From contig OZ244732.1 in NCBI GenBank assembly GCA_965219345.1, positions 1,344,001 to 1,408,000 on the forward strand: a stretch of DNA of 64,000 nucleotides, given 5' to 3'. The stretch is from Nitrosopumilus sp. (lineage in GTDB: Archaea > Thermoproteota > Nitrososphaeria > Nitrososphaerales > Nitrosopumilaceae). Below, one piece after another: positions 29,340 through 45,222 of this stretch (within the stretch, counting starts at the first letter, position 1; every line of letters starts with the position of its first letter). The notes beneath the pieces are model-generated. The model did not search any database. It was not told where the DNA came from and saw nothing but the letters and a program-made list of their open reading frames with translations. Position numbers and translations under genes: made by a program.

Positions 29340-30479
29340 CTATTCCATAGACACAAGCAATGGATCTGGCTTGTAAAACTCACCATGTTCTTCTGCAAGT
29401 TTGTTTAGTTCATCAACAATTTTTTTGATACCAATCTCTTTTGCTGTCTCAAATAATGGCTTTTTTAGCCCTAATCCTAACTGTGCTGCTTTTTCAATCT
29501 CTTCTATATCGCTTGCAGCATTTGTGACAAGCCATGCTGCATTGTTTATGATATTTGCAACAATCTGAATTGGATCACATTTTGCTGCCAATTCTTCTGA
29601 AAGTGCAACTCGTTCGTATTTGTCATCTGAATACTTGTAATATCCCTCTCCTGATTTTTGTCCGAGTTTCTTTTCATCAAACATTTTTTCAACTAAAGGA
29701 TGAGGGCTGATTACTTTTTTGTCCCGCAAATGCATCTCTGTAGTAGCTTTGTGAATTACATCAATTCCTGTAAAATCTGCTAACTCAAATATGCCCATTG
29801 GAAATCCTAACTTGAATTTGACAGCAGAATCAATCTCTTCAAGCGTTGCTCCAGTTCTATCTCTTACATAACATGCTTCATGCACCATTGGAATAAATAA
29901 TCTGTTAATAATGAATCCTGGAACGTCTTTTCTGCATATCACTGCTATCTTGTTAACTGATTTTACGTATTCTTGAGTCAGTTCAATTACTTCTTGTGAT
30001 GTTTTTTCTCCTGGAATTATTTCAACTAGTTTCATTAGTTGTGGCGGATTGAAGAAATGAATTCCTATGAATTTTTCTGGTCGTGATGTTGTATTTGCAA
30101 TTTCAGTAATTGGTAATGTACTAGTATTTGATGCAAAGACTACTTCTGGCGCTGCTGACTTGTCTAGTTCTGCATATACTCTCTTCTTTAGATCCATGAT
30201 CTCTGGAACTACTTCGATAATTAATTCCGCATCTTTTACTGCCTCATTCAAATCTACAATGGGTGTAATTCTTGCAAAGATTGCATCGCCTTCTTCTTTA
30301 GAAATTTTTTCTTTGGAAACTAGTTTATCCAAACTCCATTTTACCTTCTCCATTGCTTTATCCAAAAATCCTTGTTCAATATCTCGTAAGACTACATTGT
30401 ATCCCGCAGTTGCTGAGACTTGAGCAATACCATGTCCCATTACTCCAGAACCTAAAACTGTGATATTTTTTACTGACAC
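29340..30479 (-). CDS. 3-hydroxyacyl-CoA (3-hydroxybutyryl-CoA) dehydrogenase
   Basis: GSGVMGHGIA, SNTSTL, HFFNPP and PGFIINR motifs; this family supplies a step of the 3HP/4HB cycle. Confidence 0.93.
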   Translation of the reverse strand: MSVKNITVLGSGVMGHGIAQVSATAGYNVVLRDIEQGFLDKAMEKVKWSLDKLVSKEKISKEEGDAIFARITPIVDLNEAVKDAELIIEVVPEIMDLKKRVYAELDKSAAPEVVFASNTSTLPITEIANTTSRPEKFIGIHFFNPPQLMKLVEIIPGEKTSQEVIELTQEYVKSVNKIAVICRKDVPGFIINRLFIPMVHEACYVRDRTGATLEEIDSAVKFKLGFPMGIFELADFTGIDVIHKATTEMHLRDKKVISPHPLVEKMFDEKKLGQKSGEGYYKYSDDKYERVALSEELAAKCDPIQIVANIINNAAWLVTNAASDIEEIEKAAQLGLGLKKPLFETAKEIGIKKIVDELNKLAEEHGEFYKPDPLLVSME

Positions 30480-30540
30480 TGTTTTTAAAAATTGAATATC
30501 CCTTATAATGTATTCTTGGGATTCTCAGAAATATCCAAAA

Positions 30541-30726
30541 TTAAACACCAAATGACTGGGGTTTTTTTTCACATCTAGGACACTTTAGTCCATTTGTCTT
30601 AGTTCCACACTTTCTACAAAAGATATCCATCCCTACCACTTCCTTGGAGTGTGTTTTAGCTGCCTTGACAATCAGAATTGTTACTATGATAATCCCTACT
30701 ATGATTCCTATCAATGCAAGTACCAT
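30541..30726 (-). CDS. Small membrane-anchored zinc-ribbon protein
   Basis: TM segment plus CRKC...CPRC. Confidence 0.7.
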   Translation of the reverse strand: MVLALIGIIVGIIIVTILIVKAAKTHSKEVVGMDIFCRKCGTKTNGLKCPRCEKKPQSFGV

Positions 30727-30788
30727 GGATTATGATACGTCACACGGCATATTATCTCTTTAAATATGGTTCAAATATCTTGATTTCT

Positions 30789-31349
30789 ATGCCAGTCACT
30801 AAACCTATAATTGAAATTGTAAATGTTGTGGCATCAGCTACAATAGACCAAAAACTAGATCTATATGATATTCAAAAAAAATTCCCTGGTGTGGAGTATA
30901 ATCCTGATCAATTCCCTGGTGCCGTCTTTCGTCTCAAAAACCCAAAAACTGCAACATTGCTTTTCAGTACGGGGAAAATGGTTTGTACTGGTTCAAAATC
31001 AGAAGATATGGCAAAAAAGGCAGTAAAAACAGTTGTACAGAAACTTCGAAAAGATGGAATTAAAATCAAAAAAGATGCAGTTGTAACTGTTCAAAACATT
31101 GTGTCCTCAATAAATCTTGGAGGCAGAGTTCATCTGGAGCTAGCTGCACGAACACTGCCTCGAAGTATGTATGAACCTGAACAATTCCCTGGCGTCATTC
31201 ATAGAATGCTTGATCCTAAAACAGTAATTCTGATTTTTTCCTCAGGAAAACTAGTTTGCACTGGAGCCAAAACTGAGAAAGATGTCTATCGCTCAGTAAA
31301 TAATCTTCATAGTATGCTTGAAGAAAAGGAACTGATGATTTATGATTAG
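30789..31349 (+). CDS. tbp: TATA-box-binding protein
   Basis: Two repeats of NVVAS...Y(N/E)P(D/E)QFPG...F(S)xGKxVCTG. Confidence 0.97.
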   Translation: MPVTKPIIEIVNVVASATIDQKLDLYDIQKKFPGVEYNPDQFPGAVFRLKNPKTATLLFSTGKMVCTGSKSEDMAKKAVKTVVQKLRKDGIKIKKDAVVTVQNIVSSINLGGRVHLELAARTLPRSMYEPEQFPGVIHRMLDPKTVILIFSSGKLVCTGAKTEKDVYRSVNNLHSMLEEKELMIYD

Positions 31350-31428
31350 ACTTGTTTTCACTCCTGAGAATTAAATTTTAAAGCACACTTCGAATCATTT
31401 TTAATGTATTTCAGGAGTTTATCAAATA

Positions 31429-31596
31429 ATGGGTTTGTTTAAACGTAAAAAAGAAGACGAAAACCAAACAAAATGTGAAAAATGTGGTACTGAATTACAT
31501 GATCCTGAGCGTTTGAAAAGACATATGAAAAAAGCACATGGAAACATTCCTGAAAAGAAATTAGATCCAAACGCAGGTGATGGCGGTCTATGGTAA
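31429..31596 (+). CDS. Small C2H2 zinc-finger protein
   Basis: Hand translation MGLFKRKKEDENQTKCEKCGTELHDPERLKRHMKKAHG...GGLW*. Confidence 0.75.
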   Translation: MGLFKRKKEDENQTKCEKCGTELHDPERLKRHMKKAHGNIPEKKLDPNAGDGGLW

Positions 31597-31652
31597 AATG
31601 GAACCAAACTCAAAATCGATGATTTAATATTTTGAAACCTTAATGAAATTTT

Positions 31653-32069
31653 ATGGATTGTATTTTTTGTAAAGTCATTGCGGGAGATATTCCGGCAAAA
31701 ATTCTTAAAGAAACTTCAAACAGTATATCGTTTTTAGATGCATTTCCGCTTGCAAAGGGACATGTGCTTGTAATCCCAAAAAATCATCATGAAAAAATTC
31801 AAGATTTGAGTCATGAAGAAAATACTGATTTATTCTCTCTTGTTCATCTGATGATTTCTAAAGTAGATGTTTTAACTGGTGCAACTTTGGTTGCAGTACA
31901 TAACGGCAAAGAAGCAGGGCAAGAAGTTCCTCATGTTCATGTACATCTAGTTCCACGACGCACAAATGATTCAGCAGGCACTATTCATAGTATGTTTAAC
32001 TCTACATTGAAACTATCTGAACCTGAAATTGAAGAACTTTACAATAAATTAAAAATCCAATCTCAATAA
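31653..32069 (+). CDS. HIT family hydrolase
   Basis: MDCIFC and HVHVH motifs. Confidence 0.93.
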   Translation: MDCIFCKVIAGDIPAKILKETSNSISFLDAFPLAKGHVLVIPKNHHEKIQDLSHEENTDLFSLVHLMISKVDVLTGATLVAVHNGKEAGQEVPHVHVHLVPRRTNDSAGTIHSMFNSTLKLSEPEIEELYNKLKIQSQ

Positions 32070-32743
32070 GGAAATAATCTCTCTCTTGTGTCCATATTGT
32101 TTACACTAATTGCTTTTGTCGGACAAGTTTCTGCAGCACTCATTATCTTGTTTATTCCTGCGCCTTTTTGATTGATTACTGATGATTTAGGATTTGATCT
32201 ACTTTGTTTGTTTATTTCAAAAACCTCCGGTGCTATAGTTTCACAACTACAACAGCCAATACACAAACTTTTGTCTACATCTGTGAAAAGGTGTGGTTGT
32301 TTTTTAGGTTCTCTTGCTTTATCATATTCTCCATTTTTACCATCTGGACGTACATTAGCATTGTATTCTTTCCAGAATTTACTTTCATATTCTTTCCAAA
32401 AATCAGGATCTCCTTCTTCAAATTCGCGAGTAAATTTACTCCAATCTTGTTCAGGAGTCTTTCCTTCTCCTGGGGCTCCCCATTGAGGTTTTCTCTTAAA
32501 GTTTGTTTTTGTATTTGATTTTCTTTCAGTATATTCTTGATGTATTAAATTATTATTTTGATTGTGATTTTTCTTAAGGTGATTATATGCCTCGGTAATT
32601 TTCTTAAATTGTGCATCCCCTTTTTTGTCCTTGTTTTTGTCCGGATGTAACTCTAGTGCAAGCTTTCTATAAGCTGTTTTGATCTCAACTTGGGATGAGC
32701 CTTGTTTTACATCCAATAGTTTGAATGCTTGATGTGTATTCAC
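32063..32743 (-). CDS. DnaJ-ferredoxin fusion protein
   Basis: J domain with HPD; C-terminal CIGCCSC...CP ferredoxin. Confidence 0.9.
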   Translation of the reverse strand: MNTHQAFKLLDVKQGSSQVEIKTAYRKLALELHPDKNKDKKGDAQFKKITEAYNHLKKNHNQNNNLIHQEYTERKSNTKTNFKRKPQWGAPGEGKTPEQDWSKFTREFEEGDPDFWKEYESKFWKEYNANVRPDGKNGEYDKAREPKKQPHLFTDVDKSLCIGCCSCETIAPEVFEINKQSRSNPKSSVINQKGAGINKIMSAAETCPTKAISVNNMDTRERLFPY

Positions 32744-32804
32744 TACTTTTAGAGACTCGTCATATGTTAAAAATAATTACCTAAGATTTTGTGCTAAATC
32801 TTGT

Positions 32805-33167
32805 TTATTCTAATAAAATTTCATTATCTGATTTCCACGCGGGTTCAACTATACATAAAAACCTCAAATTAATCGAGCCTGTATTTTCAATAAACTGCTT
32901 AGAATTTGGTGGAACATACACAGAATCATCTTTTTCAAGTCGGTATGTATCTTCGTTGATCTTTAGGTTCCCACTTCCTTCTAAAATGTAGTAGATCTCC
33001 GATGAACTCATTTTGTGAAGTTTAGATTTTTTTCCTGGCTCCAATGAGAATTGTGCTATGCTATAATTAATTCCATCTAGTGTATTGTGTGGATGAAAAT
33101 ATTGTTTAATTTTGGTTCCTTCGTCTCCTTGGATGGACTTGATTTCCGAATTCTTTCTTAGCGACAT
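32805..33167 (-). CDS. Cupin-domain protein
   Basis: LHKMSSSEIYYILEGSG...VYVPP. Confidence 0.85.
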   Translation of the reverse strand: MSLRKNSEIKSIQGDEGTKIKQYFHPHNTLDGINYSIAQFSLEPGKKSKLHKMSSSEIYYILEGSGNLKINEDTYRLEKDDSVYVPPNSKQFIENTGSINLRFLCIVEPAWKSDNEILLE

Positions 33168-33172
33168 ATTAT

Positions 33173-33628
33173 CTAAATGATTTTTGAAACTATTGTTTTA
33201 AAATCTGATTCATACCAGATTGTTTTGTATATTGTATTTTTTCTAGGTAAGATGTTTATTGCGATATGGGAGAATGTCTTTTTCTTGTCAATAGAGCCAT
33301 GAGTGTGAAGGATCTTTGCTGGAATGTGAACAATATCCCCTTCATTGAGAATAAACTTCTCCGTCCTTTTAATCTTGAAATTAGTTTTACTTGAACCATA
33401 TCTTCGAAAAATCTCAAGGCTTCCTTTACCTTTTGTTGCAATTAATACCTGATTTCCATTGTGGGAATGAATTTTTGTTCTAGATCCTTTCTCAAAATGA
33501 ACATGATAGATATCTTGTTCTTTTGATTTTATTTTTTCTGAAAGAACTTTCATCCATGTTTTGTCTGTAAACCAATCTGGGTTTACTTTTCTTTTATCTC
33601 CTGACCCAAAAATATTTGATTTTTTCAT
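33173..33628 (-). CDS. Cupin-domain protein
   Basis: IHSH...GDIVHIPAKILHTHG. Confidence 0.85.
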   Translation of the reverse strand: MKKSNIFGSGDKRKVNPDWFTDKTWMKVLSEKIKSKEQDIYHVHFEKGSRTKIHSHNGNQVLIATKGKGSLEIFRRYGSSKTNFKIKRTEKFILNEGDIVHIPAKILHTHGSIDKKKTFSHIAINILPRKNTIYKTIWYESDFKTIVSKII

Positions 33629-33629
33629 A

Positions 33630-33995
33630 CTATATTCTATCCAAAATTTTCTTTTTCTTTGCTTGAAATTCTTCCTCCGTAATTATTTCAGCCTTTCTTA
33701 ACTTACTCAGTTTTTTCAGCATATCCAAGTCATTTTGAGTATTTGACGTTACACTTTTTGCAGCAGTAATTCCTTCGTTGATTTTTCCAATACCTCTTTT
33801 CTGTAATGCCTTTCTTTCTTTTTTTACTTGATTGCGAAGTTCCTTGCTTCTCTTACCAGCTTGTTTTGTAGTCATTATTCCAAGTTCTACTGCATTATCT
33901 AATACTTCGTCTGCTTTTTTGACTCCTTCTTCTAGTGCCTTGTCTGCTTTTTTTAGTAATTTTTCAATATATCCGCCTTTTTTTGAGATTCCCAT
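33630..33995 (-). CDS. SHOCT-domain protein
   Basis: C-terminal LKKLSKLRKAEIITEEEFQAKKKKIL. Confidence 0.8.
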   Translation of the reverse strand: MGISKKGGYIEKLLKKADKALEEGVKKADEVLDNAVELGIMTTKQAGKRSKELRNQVKKERKALQKRGIGKINEGITAAKSVTSNTQNDLDMLKKLSKLRKAEIITEEEFQAKKKKILDRI

Positions 33996-34076
33996 ACTTT
34001 CTAAATCATCTCAAATCTATTATTTCTTTCTTAGCAGAATTGGTTTAATAGATGGAATCGTATACTTTGTGTAGTT

Positions 34077-34784
34077 TTGGCAAAGACTGCTTATGATGTA
34101 AAGACAATTGTTCTAAGAAAAAGCATTGAAGAAGAAGAGGCATTAGAAATAGCTGAACAAAAGAAAACAAAACCTTTCAAGTCATTACTTTCACGACCAA
34201 AAAAAGAGCAAGTCCATATCTCTTCCCTGAAATTATATTATGAGTGTATATTGATGGTCTCTGGGAAATACATTGCAGATTATTATAGAAAAGCAACTCA
34301 CTCTATTTCTGTTCCTTCAAATGTAAAAGAGATTGTTCTGGGAGATGGTGTGTTTCCTATTCGCTCAAAATCTGGATTTCAAAAGGCATTTGTCGGAAAG
34401 AGAGCAAAAAACAAAATTGACATGAAACTCGAAGAACATGTCTTTGTTGAAGAAGAAGATAAACTAACTTTTGATCATCATGGACGGGAGATAAAATTTC
34501 CTTTTAAAATAAATTCCAAAACTATTGAAAACTATCCAATTAGATTATTAGAAAAAAATCAACTAAATGTTAAAAAACCAGAATTAACATATGATGCAGC
34601 ACTTGACAAGTTACAATCTAAACTAAAAAAACAACTAGAGACTGATGTGAGAAATTTATCTGAAGAATTTGTACTTCGTGAAATTACTGAACTATATGCT
34701 CCAATTTTTGAGGTAAGACTGATTGGTCCCAAAAAGAAAGTAGGCATTATTCGTATTGATGCTGTAAGGAAAAAGATTCTATAG
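34077..34784 (+). CDS. Hypothetical protein
   Basis: 235-aa ORF. Confidence 0.75.
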   Translation: MAKTAYDVKTIVLRKSIEEEEALEIAEQKKTKPFKSLLSRPKKEQVHISSLKLYYECILMVSGKYIADYYRKATHSISVPSNVKEIVLGDGVFPIRSKSGFQKAFVGKRAKNKIDMKLEEHVFVEEEDKLTFDHHGREIKFPFKINSKTIENYPIRLLEKNQLNVKKPELTYDAALDKLQSKLKKQLETDVRNLSEEFVLREITELYAPIFEVRLIGPKKKVGIIRIDAVRKKIL

Positions 34785-35600
34785 TTTTACTAGTTTTCTA
34801 AATTGATCATTTTCATGTAATTTCTCAAAGATTTTTTCTTCTTTTGCCCATCCACGAATTACTTTGGGGTTTTTAGAAACTGCCTGTTTTAACAATTCTA
34901 ATGATTCTGGATACATTCCTAATGCTGCTTTACTTCTTGATTTTGCATAAATGACATTTACATTGTCTTTGAATTTTGAAAGAATTTCGTCAAACACTTT
35001 GAGTGCTTTTTCATGTTGTCCTAATTCTGCTAATTGAATACCTTTTTGAAAAAATGCATCCTGATTGTTAGGATATTTTTTGCAAATATTTTGAAAGCAG
35101 TTTAAAGCTTCTTCATGTTTTTTCATTTTACCTAGTACAATTCCTTTGTAGACCAATGCGTTCACTTTTCTTGGTTCAATTGAAATTGCTTTGTCTAAAA
35201 CTTGTAAAGCTTCTTCATGTTCCTGTAATTTATCAAGTAATACTCCTTTGTTAAAATAAGATGCAGCAAATTTTGGATCTGCTTCTATTGCTTTATCATA
35301 ACATTCCGATGCATCTTGGACATTTCCCATTTCTGCCATTGCAATTCCTTTGTTGTTAAATGCTTGAGCATCTTTTGGATTAATCTCCAATAATTTATCA
35401 AAACAGGTTACTGCATCACTGTATTTTTTTCTCTGATTTAGAGCCAAACCTTTGTTAAATAACGCTGAAGTATTTTCTGAATCTTGTTTTAGAACTTTAT
35501 TGAAAAGTGAGATGGCAGCTTTTAGCTGATTCTTTTCTATCATAGACATTGCATGATACATCAAGTCTTCTGGGTTTTCCTTAGATCCAAACAGTCCCAT
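34779..35600 (-). CDS. TPR-repeat protein
   Basis: Multiple A..NKG..L repeats. Confidence 0.9.
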   Translation of the reverse strand: MGLFGSKENPEDLMYHAMSMIEKNQLKAAISLFNKVLKQDSENTSALFNKGLALNQRKKYSDAVTCFDKLLEINPKDAQAFNNKGIAMAEMGNVQDASECYDKAIEADPKFAASYFNKGVLLDKLQEHEEALQVLDKAISIEPRKVNALVYKGIVLGKMKKHEEALNCFQNICKKYPNNQDAFFQKGIQLAELGQHEKALKVFDEILSKFKDNVNVIYAKSRSKAALGMYPESLELLKQAVSKNPKVIRGWAKEEKIFEKLHENDQFRKLVKL

Positions 35601-35637
35601 AATTTCTACAAAATAATACTGCTAATGAAAGTTTGGC

Positions 35638-35757
35638 TTATCCTAGTGACTTGAATTTCTTGATTGCTTCTTTTGCCATGTCTTCTTGTTCTTTTGCTGA
35701 AGTATCTGTAGGATCATCTGTTGCATATGCCTCTTTTCTCTCTTTTTTCTTTTCCAT
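35638..35757 (-). CDS. 39-aa charged small protein
   Basis: Hand translation MEKKKERKEAYATDDPTDTSAKEQEDMAKEAIKKFKSLG*. Confidence 0.45.
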   Translation of the reverse strand: MEKKKERKEAYATDDPTDTSAKEQEDMAKEAIKKFKSLG

Positions 35758-35842
35758 GCTTTACTAGATTAGGTTATTTTATAAAAATTGAATCTCAATA
35801 TTCAAAGATACGCTTAATTTGAATTAGAATTGAGTTTGATCA

Positions 35843-36208
35843 TTGCCAGATTCTGAAATTAAATATTTGTCTGATAAGATTCATGTGCATAAATGGCCTC
35901 AAGATTCCCAAATTTGGGATGATTTCACACAAAAACAGATTAATGATTCTATTAATGAAAATCCAAAAAAGAAACAAGTTACAATCAAAGAAAAAATTAT
36001 TCAAATTGAAAATTTTGAATTTAATTCTATTAACACAATTGGAATTTCAGTGCCTTTTTTCAAAGAAGAATGTACAATGATCTTTGAAGCCCAATTTGGA
36101 GAACTTTCTGCCCATGTTCATATCACCATAAAATCTAAAAATTATGTGGATATCTTTAACCAACTAATCATTTGGAGAGATAGTTTTTTTCCAAATACTG
36201 ATCTCTAA
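35843..36208 (+). CDS. Hypothetical protein
   Basis: 121-aa ORF. Confidence 0.65.
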   Translation: MPDSEIKYLSDKIHVHKWPQDSQIWDDFTQKQINDSINENPKKKQVTIKEKIIQIENFEFNSINTIGISVPFFKEECTMIFEAQFGELSAHVHITIKSKNYVDIFNQLIIWRDSFFPNTDL

Positions 36209-37494
36209 AAATTCTCAGATGCTAAAATCATCTTCTTGATATCTTCTTTAGTGTGTGAATTAGATATTGCGCCTAATTTACCCGGTAAAAAGAAGATTCC
36301 ATCATGAGCAATCATCTTGAAATGATATTTTGCAAGCATCGCAGAATCACATTTTGCAGCTTGTACTGCATTTGTAACTTCTGTAATGTTTCCTTTTAGA
36401 AAGTGGGTCATAAACAACGAGCCTTTTCCAGTGACTACAACTTTACCATCAAATGCTTTTCTTATCTCTTTTCTGGTAAATTCTCCAAGTGAGTTAATTT
36501 TTGAATAAACCGATTTTTTTGATTTTAGATAACCCAGTGTTGCATATCCTGAGGTCATTGATGCAGGATTGGCAGAAAATGTTCCCCCTCCTACATAGGA
36601 GCGTTCTGATTTTTTCTTCCCAGATGTGTCCGCATATTCCATAATCTCTTTTTTACCACACATTACACCAATTGCCATTCCCCCTCCTACAATTTTTCCC
36701 AGAGTTACAATGTCAGGATCAAGATTCATAGTTGGATAGAGACATCCATATCTGAATCTGAAACCTGTGACAATCTCATCTAAAATAAACAGAGATTTAT
36801 TTTTGTGAACAAATTCCTGAATTCCTTTGAGATATTCCTTGGATGCTGGAATGCATCCACCTCCGCCTAATACGGGCTCAATAATTACACCTGCTAAGTT
36901 CTTTGAATGTTTTTTTAAAATCTTCAAAGAGCCCTCCAAATCATTGTAAGGAATTGAGATAATTTTCTCTTCATTAATTATCCCGCTGCTTTCTGGTTCT
37001 GTAAATGGCCAGTTTACACTCTTTAGTAAATCTGATGTATATCCATGCCAACCTCCATCAATTTTTGCAATTACTTTTTGACCTGTAACAGAACGTGCCA
37101 ATCTTACTGCATACATTGTGGCTTCAGTTCCTGATGTTACATAGCGAATCTTTTCTGCAACTGGAACTGCCTTTGAAATCAACTCTGATAGTTTTATTGT
37201 TTGATCATTTACAGTTCCATACATCCAGCTTTTTTCAATTTGCTTTTTCAAAGGTTCTTTGACATTTTTTGGACCATGCCCTAATATCAAACTCCAATGC
37301 CCCATCCAATAATCAGCATACTTGTTGTTGTCTACATCAACGAGATTCTTTCCTGTAGATGATTTTACAACAAATGGATATGGTTCATAAAATCTTATGT
37401 TATGACTTACTCCATGTACATGAAGTTTTGAAGATTTTGCAAATATCTTTGCAGATGTTTTAGTTTTCTTTTTGTATTCTGAAATGTAATCCAA
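36205..37494 (-). CDS. hemL: Glutamate-1-semialdehyde 2,1-aminomutase (class III aminotransferase)
   Basis: [23 protein letters not shown] and GGTFSANP motifs. Confidence 0.85.
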   Translation of the reverse strand: MDYISEYKKKTKTSAKIFAKSSKLHVHGVSHNIRFYEPYPFVVKSSTGKNLVDVDNNKYADYWMGHWSLILGHGPKNVKEPLKKQIEKSWMYGTVNDQTIKLSELISKAVPVAEKIRYVTSGTEATMYAVRLARSVTGQKVIAKIDGGWHGYTSDLLKSVNWPFTEPESSGIINEEKIISIPYNDLEGSLKILKKHSKNLAGVIIEPVLGGGGCIPASKEYLKGIQEFVHKNKSLFILDEIVTGFRFRYGCLYPTMNLDPDIVTLGKIVGGGMAIGVMCGKKEIMEYADTSGKKKSERSYVGGGTFSANPASMTSGYATLGYLKSKKSVYSKINSLGEFTRKEIRKAFDGKVVVTGKGSLFMTHFLKGNITEVTNAVQAAKCDSAMLAKYHFKMIAHDGIFFLPGKLGAISNSHTKEDIKKMILASENF

Positions 37495-37706
37495 AAGTAA
37501 TTTTCAAAACAAAATCTACAATTTTAACTATCGATCAGGCATAATTTCACGCATGGTTTATATGGTTTCTGCATTCTTCACCTTCTGCATACGTAACGCA
37601 TTAGGCGGCGCTTGTGATGAAGTATGGTATTATGCCATTTTATGATTCATGGGCCTCCAGTTACGCATACAAAATGAGGATTTGATCAAAAGATCAATAT
37701 CTGAAA

Positions 37707-39292
<1,586 letters not shown>

Positions 39293-39404
39293 AAAATCAT
39301 CGATGCAATGCATCACGAAAGTGTTGTATGAAGGATGTAGCAGGTCTCTGCCAGGAGATTTGCAATGATCATCGTGCATAGTCGTGTAATATGTGGCTGA
39401 ATTT

Positions 39405-42389
<2,985 letters not shown>

Positions 42390-42411
42390 TCAGCCACTTA
42401 CATAGAGACTT

Positions 42412-42453
42412 TGACCCCGTTTTAGGCCAATATATTGTCTAAAATAGGGGTCA
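42412..42453 (+). other. Stem-loop in the 23S 3' trailer
   Basis: TGACCCC.TTTTAG...CTAAAA..GGGGTCA inverted repeat. Confidence 0.6.
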
Positions 42454-43188
42454 TGCACGATGATCACATATTACACGACTTTATTTTATTTTAAAAAAAA
42501 TCATCATAGATTTTAAATAATTTATAAGAATTAACTACAAAGATTGTATTTATAAGACATTTTTTTGTACTTTTAGTGTTTTTTGCATTATTAAGAAATT
42601 GTTATGATCATATTACAATTTTTGTTAATTTTTCTTTTAAATGTGATTTCTTATTAAAATTATAACCTATGCCATTTACTATACAAAATTCTGGTAATTC
42701 AGTCAATATTTTATGATCAGGATAATCCCCTTTATCGGATGAGCCACACTAAATTCAGATAGATGTTTTTAGTAATTGGGATCGTACTGTTAGGTATGAT
42801 AATATTCTCAACAATATTTACAATTTCATACTTATTTAATTATCAATACACAATCATATGCTAAAATTAGTATATAGAAATTATAGTAGTTTTTAATGAA
42901 TTTTTGTCAAGATTAGTGTGTTAAAACAAGCCCCAATAAAAGCAGATAAGGGGGGAGGGGGAGGGGACAACCCTGCAATGACACCTGCTAGGAAAAAATT
43001 TGATGAATAAGTACAGTCTTTATCCCAGACGAATCTATGTAGTTTATCATCAAGTTTTAAATTAACCAAAGTCATAACCACCCATTAGCATCTGTGAATT
43101 TATTACATTTATAAATTTGACAATTATCAAACAAGTCACGCTCTAGTATGATCACATACACATTTTGTAGTTTTTTGGGTCATAAAAT

Positions 43189-43969
43189 CTAACGAAGATT
43201 AATGCTTATTTCATTAGAGTATAGCTTTTGTTTACCTAATCGCTCAAAGACTTTGTATGATACAGTATCCCAATCAGATTCTATATCGTCTAAAGTTTCA
43301 GTATCAAATCTAGGCGTAAGGTTGGTCAATACATAGTCCCCATCATTGACTGACCTCTCTACACGATACCTATTCTCACCAATATTGTCTGAATCAGTCC
43401 ACGATAAAGTAACTGTACTATCATCATACACTGCACTAAGATCAATTAGGGAATTATACGGTAAAGAGTCATCAGGTATTACATAGGAATAATCATAGAC
43501 GACATCAAATGGAACGCCAACTTGTGCAGTAGATGGGTATGCTATAGTATATTTTGGCCAGAAATCTATAATTCCAAGCTCACCTGTAGTAAATCCAGAT
43601 TGTATATCATTGTTTGAGAAAGTAATGTCACCAGTTGGGATATTTTTTAGTGTATCCATATTCTGTTCTTCATCAATAATGTTTGATTCAGTGTTTACAG
43701 TGTTTGTTTCTAATTCTGCAACACTTACAACATCAACTTTAACAAATCCTTTATTCTCTAATCTCTCAACTGAATTCTCATTAACACAAGCTGGAGTCCC
43801 TCTGTTTGTCTCTATTAGTATCTTAGTCTCTGCATTGAATTTCCTGTAATGGTGTACCGTTTTGGAATTGCTTGTGCGGTGATAAGATAGTCTCTGTTTC
43901 TGCAAATGCAGGTATTGTGAATAATCCGATTGCTAGAATTACTAATCCTAACATTGTTTTACAAATCAT
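43189..43969 (-). pseudogene. Secreted protein (SPHKQ-C-C module, C-terminal FN3-like domain), frameshifted
   Basis: 5' part near-identical to the gene starting at 46352 but lacks 2 nt (GA) near 43826; C-terminal VTLSWTDS...YRVERS...YSN resembles fibronectin III. Confidence 0.75.
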
Positions 43970-44602
43970 TAAAGTTTACAGAAAATGTATAATTATTAAG
44001 CATAGATCAGGATATTGATTTTTAGCGATCAGGATTAGCTGTCTAATTTTATTAAAATATGTGTAAAAGCGATAGTTTAGCACATATTCATAATATTAGA
44101 ATCATAATATCAAACATCAAGAAAACCCCAACCTCGCATGATTAATTTATCAGCAGAAGTTGGCTTTACACAAACTGTTTTACTTTTATCAGATTTCATA
44201 AGAGATACAAAATTAGATTTACAAGATGAATTTTCAACGTTAATTTTAGATATTGTTTTTTGATCTTCAAATTCCAACAGAGGTATAGTTAGATTATAAT
44301 CATGATTAAATGCAGTATCACCACTAATCGGAGAAGCAACCTCAAATTTTGAATATTGCGTATTTGCAGATAAAGTAAATTCAAAAGTCTGATAGTTTGA
44401 ATACTGATGAGTTACTAGCTCATCAATACTTTGATAAAGTTCCCAGCCATCTAACAATATAAAAAAATCTTGTGTATTTTCTTTGGTTACTAATGGTAAT
44501 ACAGTATAGGGAACATCAATAGTGAAAACAGTGTCAGAAGTAACATTTTGTGTTTCTATTAAAAATTCAGAAATATTAAAATTACAAAATCTTTTAATTT
44601 CA
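43757..44602. repeat. About 850-bp direct repeat, copy A
   Basis: Near-identical to 46138-46998; spans the 3' end of one gene, the intergenic region and the 5' end of the next. Confidence 0.9.
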
Positions 44603-45222
44603 CCACTGCCAAGTGTATAATTTAACATTATTTCTCTTCCTAAACATCTTGTATCATAAATCTCATTCAAAGTTGGAAGGTGAATTTCTGCACTTTTTTG
44701 ACCTGATTCAACTAAGCCAATACACCAATTAGGTTCTGAATAATCCACATCATCAATAATTGCAAAAGTGCCAAAATATTCTATATACGTTATTGGTTCT
44801 AACCAAGTAAATTCTAAAGTTCTTGATTCATCTGTTTGAGAAATTTGTGTAACTGATGCTAGTGATTTAAACGAATCAATATTTGTAGTCAAGCTCCTAA
44901 TATTACTACAAGATTCATAGTCAAAATGCTTTAGATCAATGTTGTTTTTTGGAATAGTTATTGTAAGGCTTCCCGATTCTTGTGCGTCAAGATAAATTTT
45001 GTACCATAGATAGTTAGGTTCTGCACAAAACTGTAAAAATTCTCCATTTGTAATTGAATGTTCTAAAGGGGTAATTATTTTATATTGATATTGATCTGAT
45101 AAGGAATACTCCTCTTCACATTCTAATTCTGCATAAATCTCAGGTATTTGTTGAGCATAAATTTCATCTGTTACGACAGAGAGGAAAAACACAAAAAGTA
45201 AAGAAAATAATATAATTTTCAT
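44110..45222 (-). CDS. Secreted protein with C-terminal C...C...KL..RGW module
   Basis: Signal peptide; two similar beta domains; ends SCKSNFVSLMKSDKSKTVCVKPTSADKLIMRGWGFLDV. Confidence 0.8.
   Translation of the reverse strand: MKIILFSLLFVFFLSVVTDEIYAQQIPEIYAELECEEEYSLSDQYQYKIITPLEHSITNGEFLQFCAEPNYLWYKIYLDAQESGSLTITIPKNNIDLKHFDYESCSNIRSLTTNIDSFKSLASVTQISQTDESRTLEFTWLEPITYIEYFGTFAIIDDVDYSEPNWCIGLVESGQKSAEIHLPTLNEIYDTRCLGREIMLNYTLGSGEIKRFCNFNISEFLIETQNVTSDTVFTIDVPYTVLPLVTKENTQDFFILLDGWELYQSIDELVTHQYSNYQTFEFTLSANTQYSKFEVASPISGDTAFNHDYNLTIPLLEFEDQKTISKINVENSSCKSNFVSLMKSDKSKTVCVKPTSADKLIMRGWGFLDV

Noticed and set aside
32063-32743. DnaJ-ferredoxin fusion as a novelty
   Set aside because: Already described in Thaumarchaeota and green plants.
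42950-42966. G-run tract as a G-quadruplex, and the 42893-43081 ORF
   Set aside because: Only three G-runs, and the ORF has no recognisable features; insufficient support.
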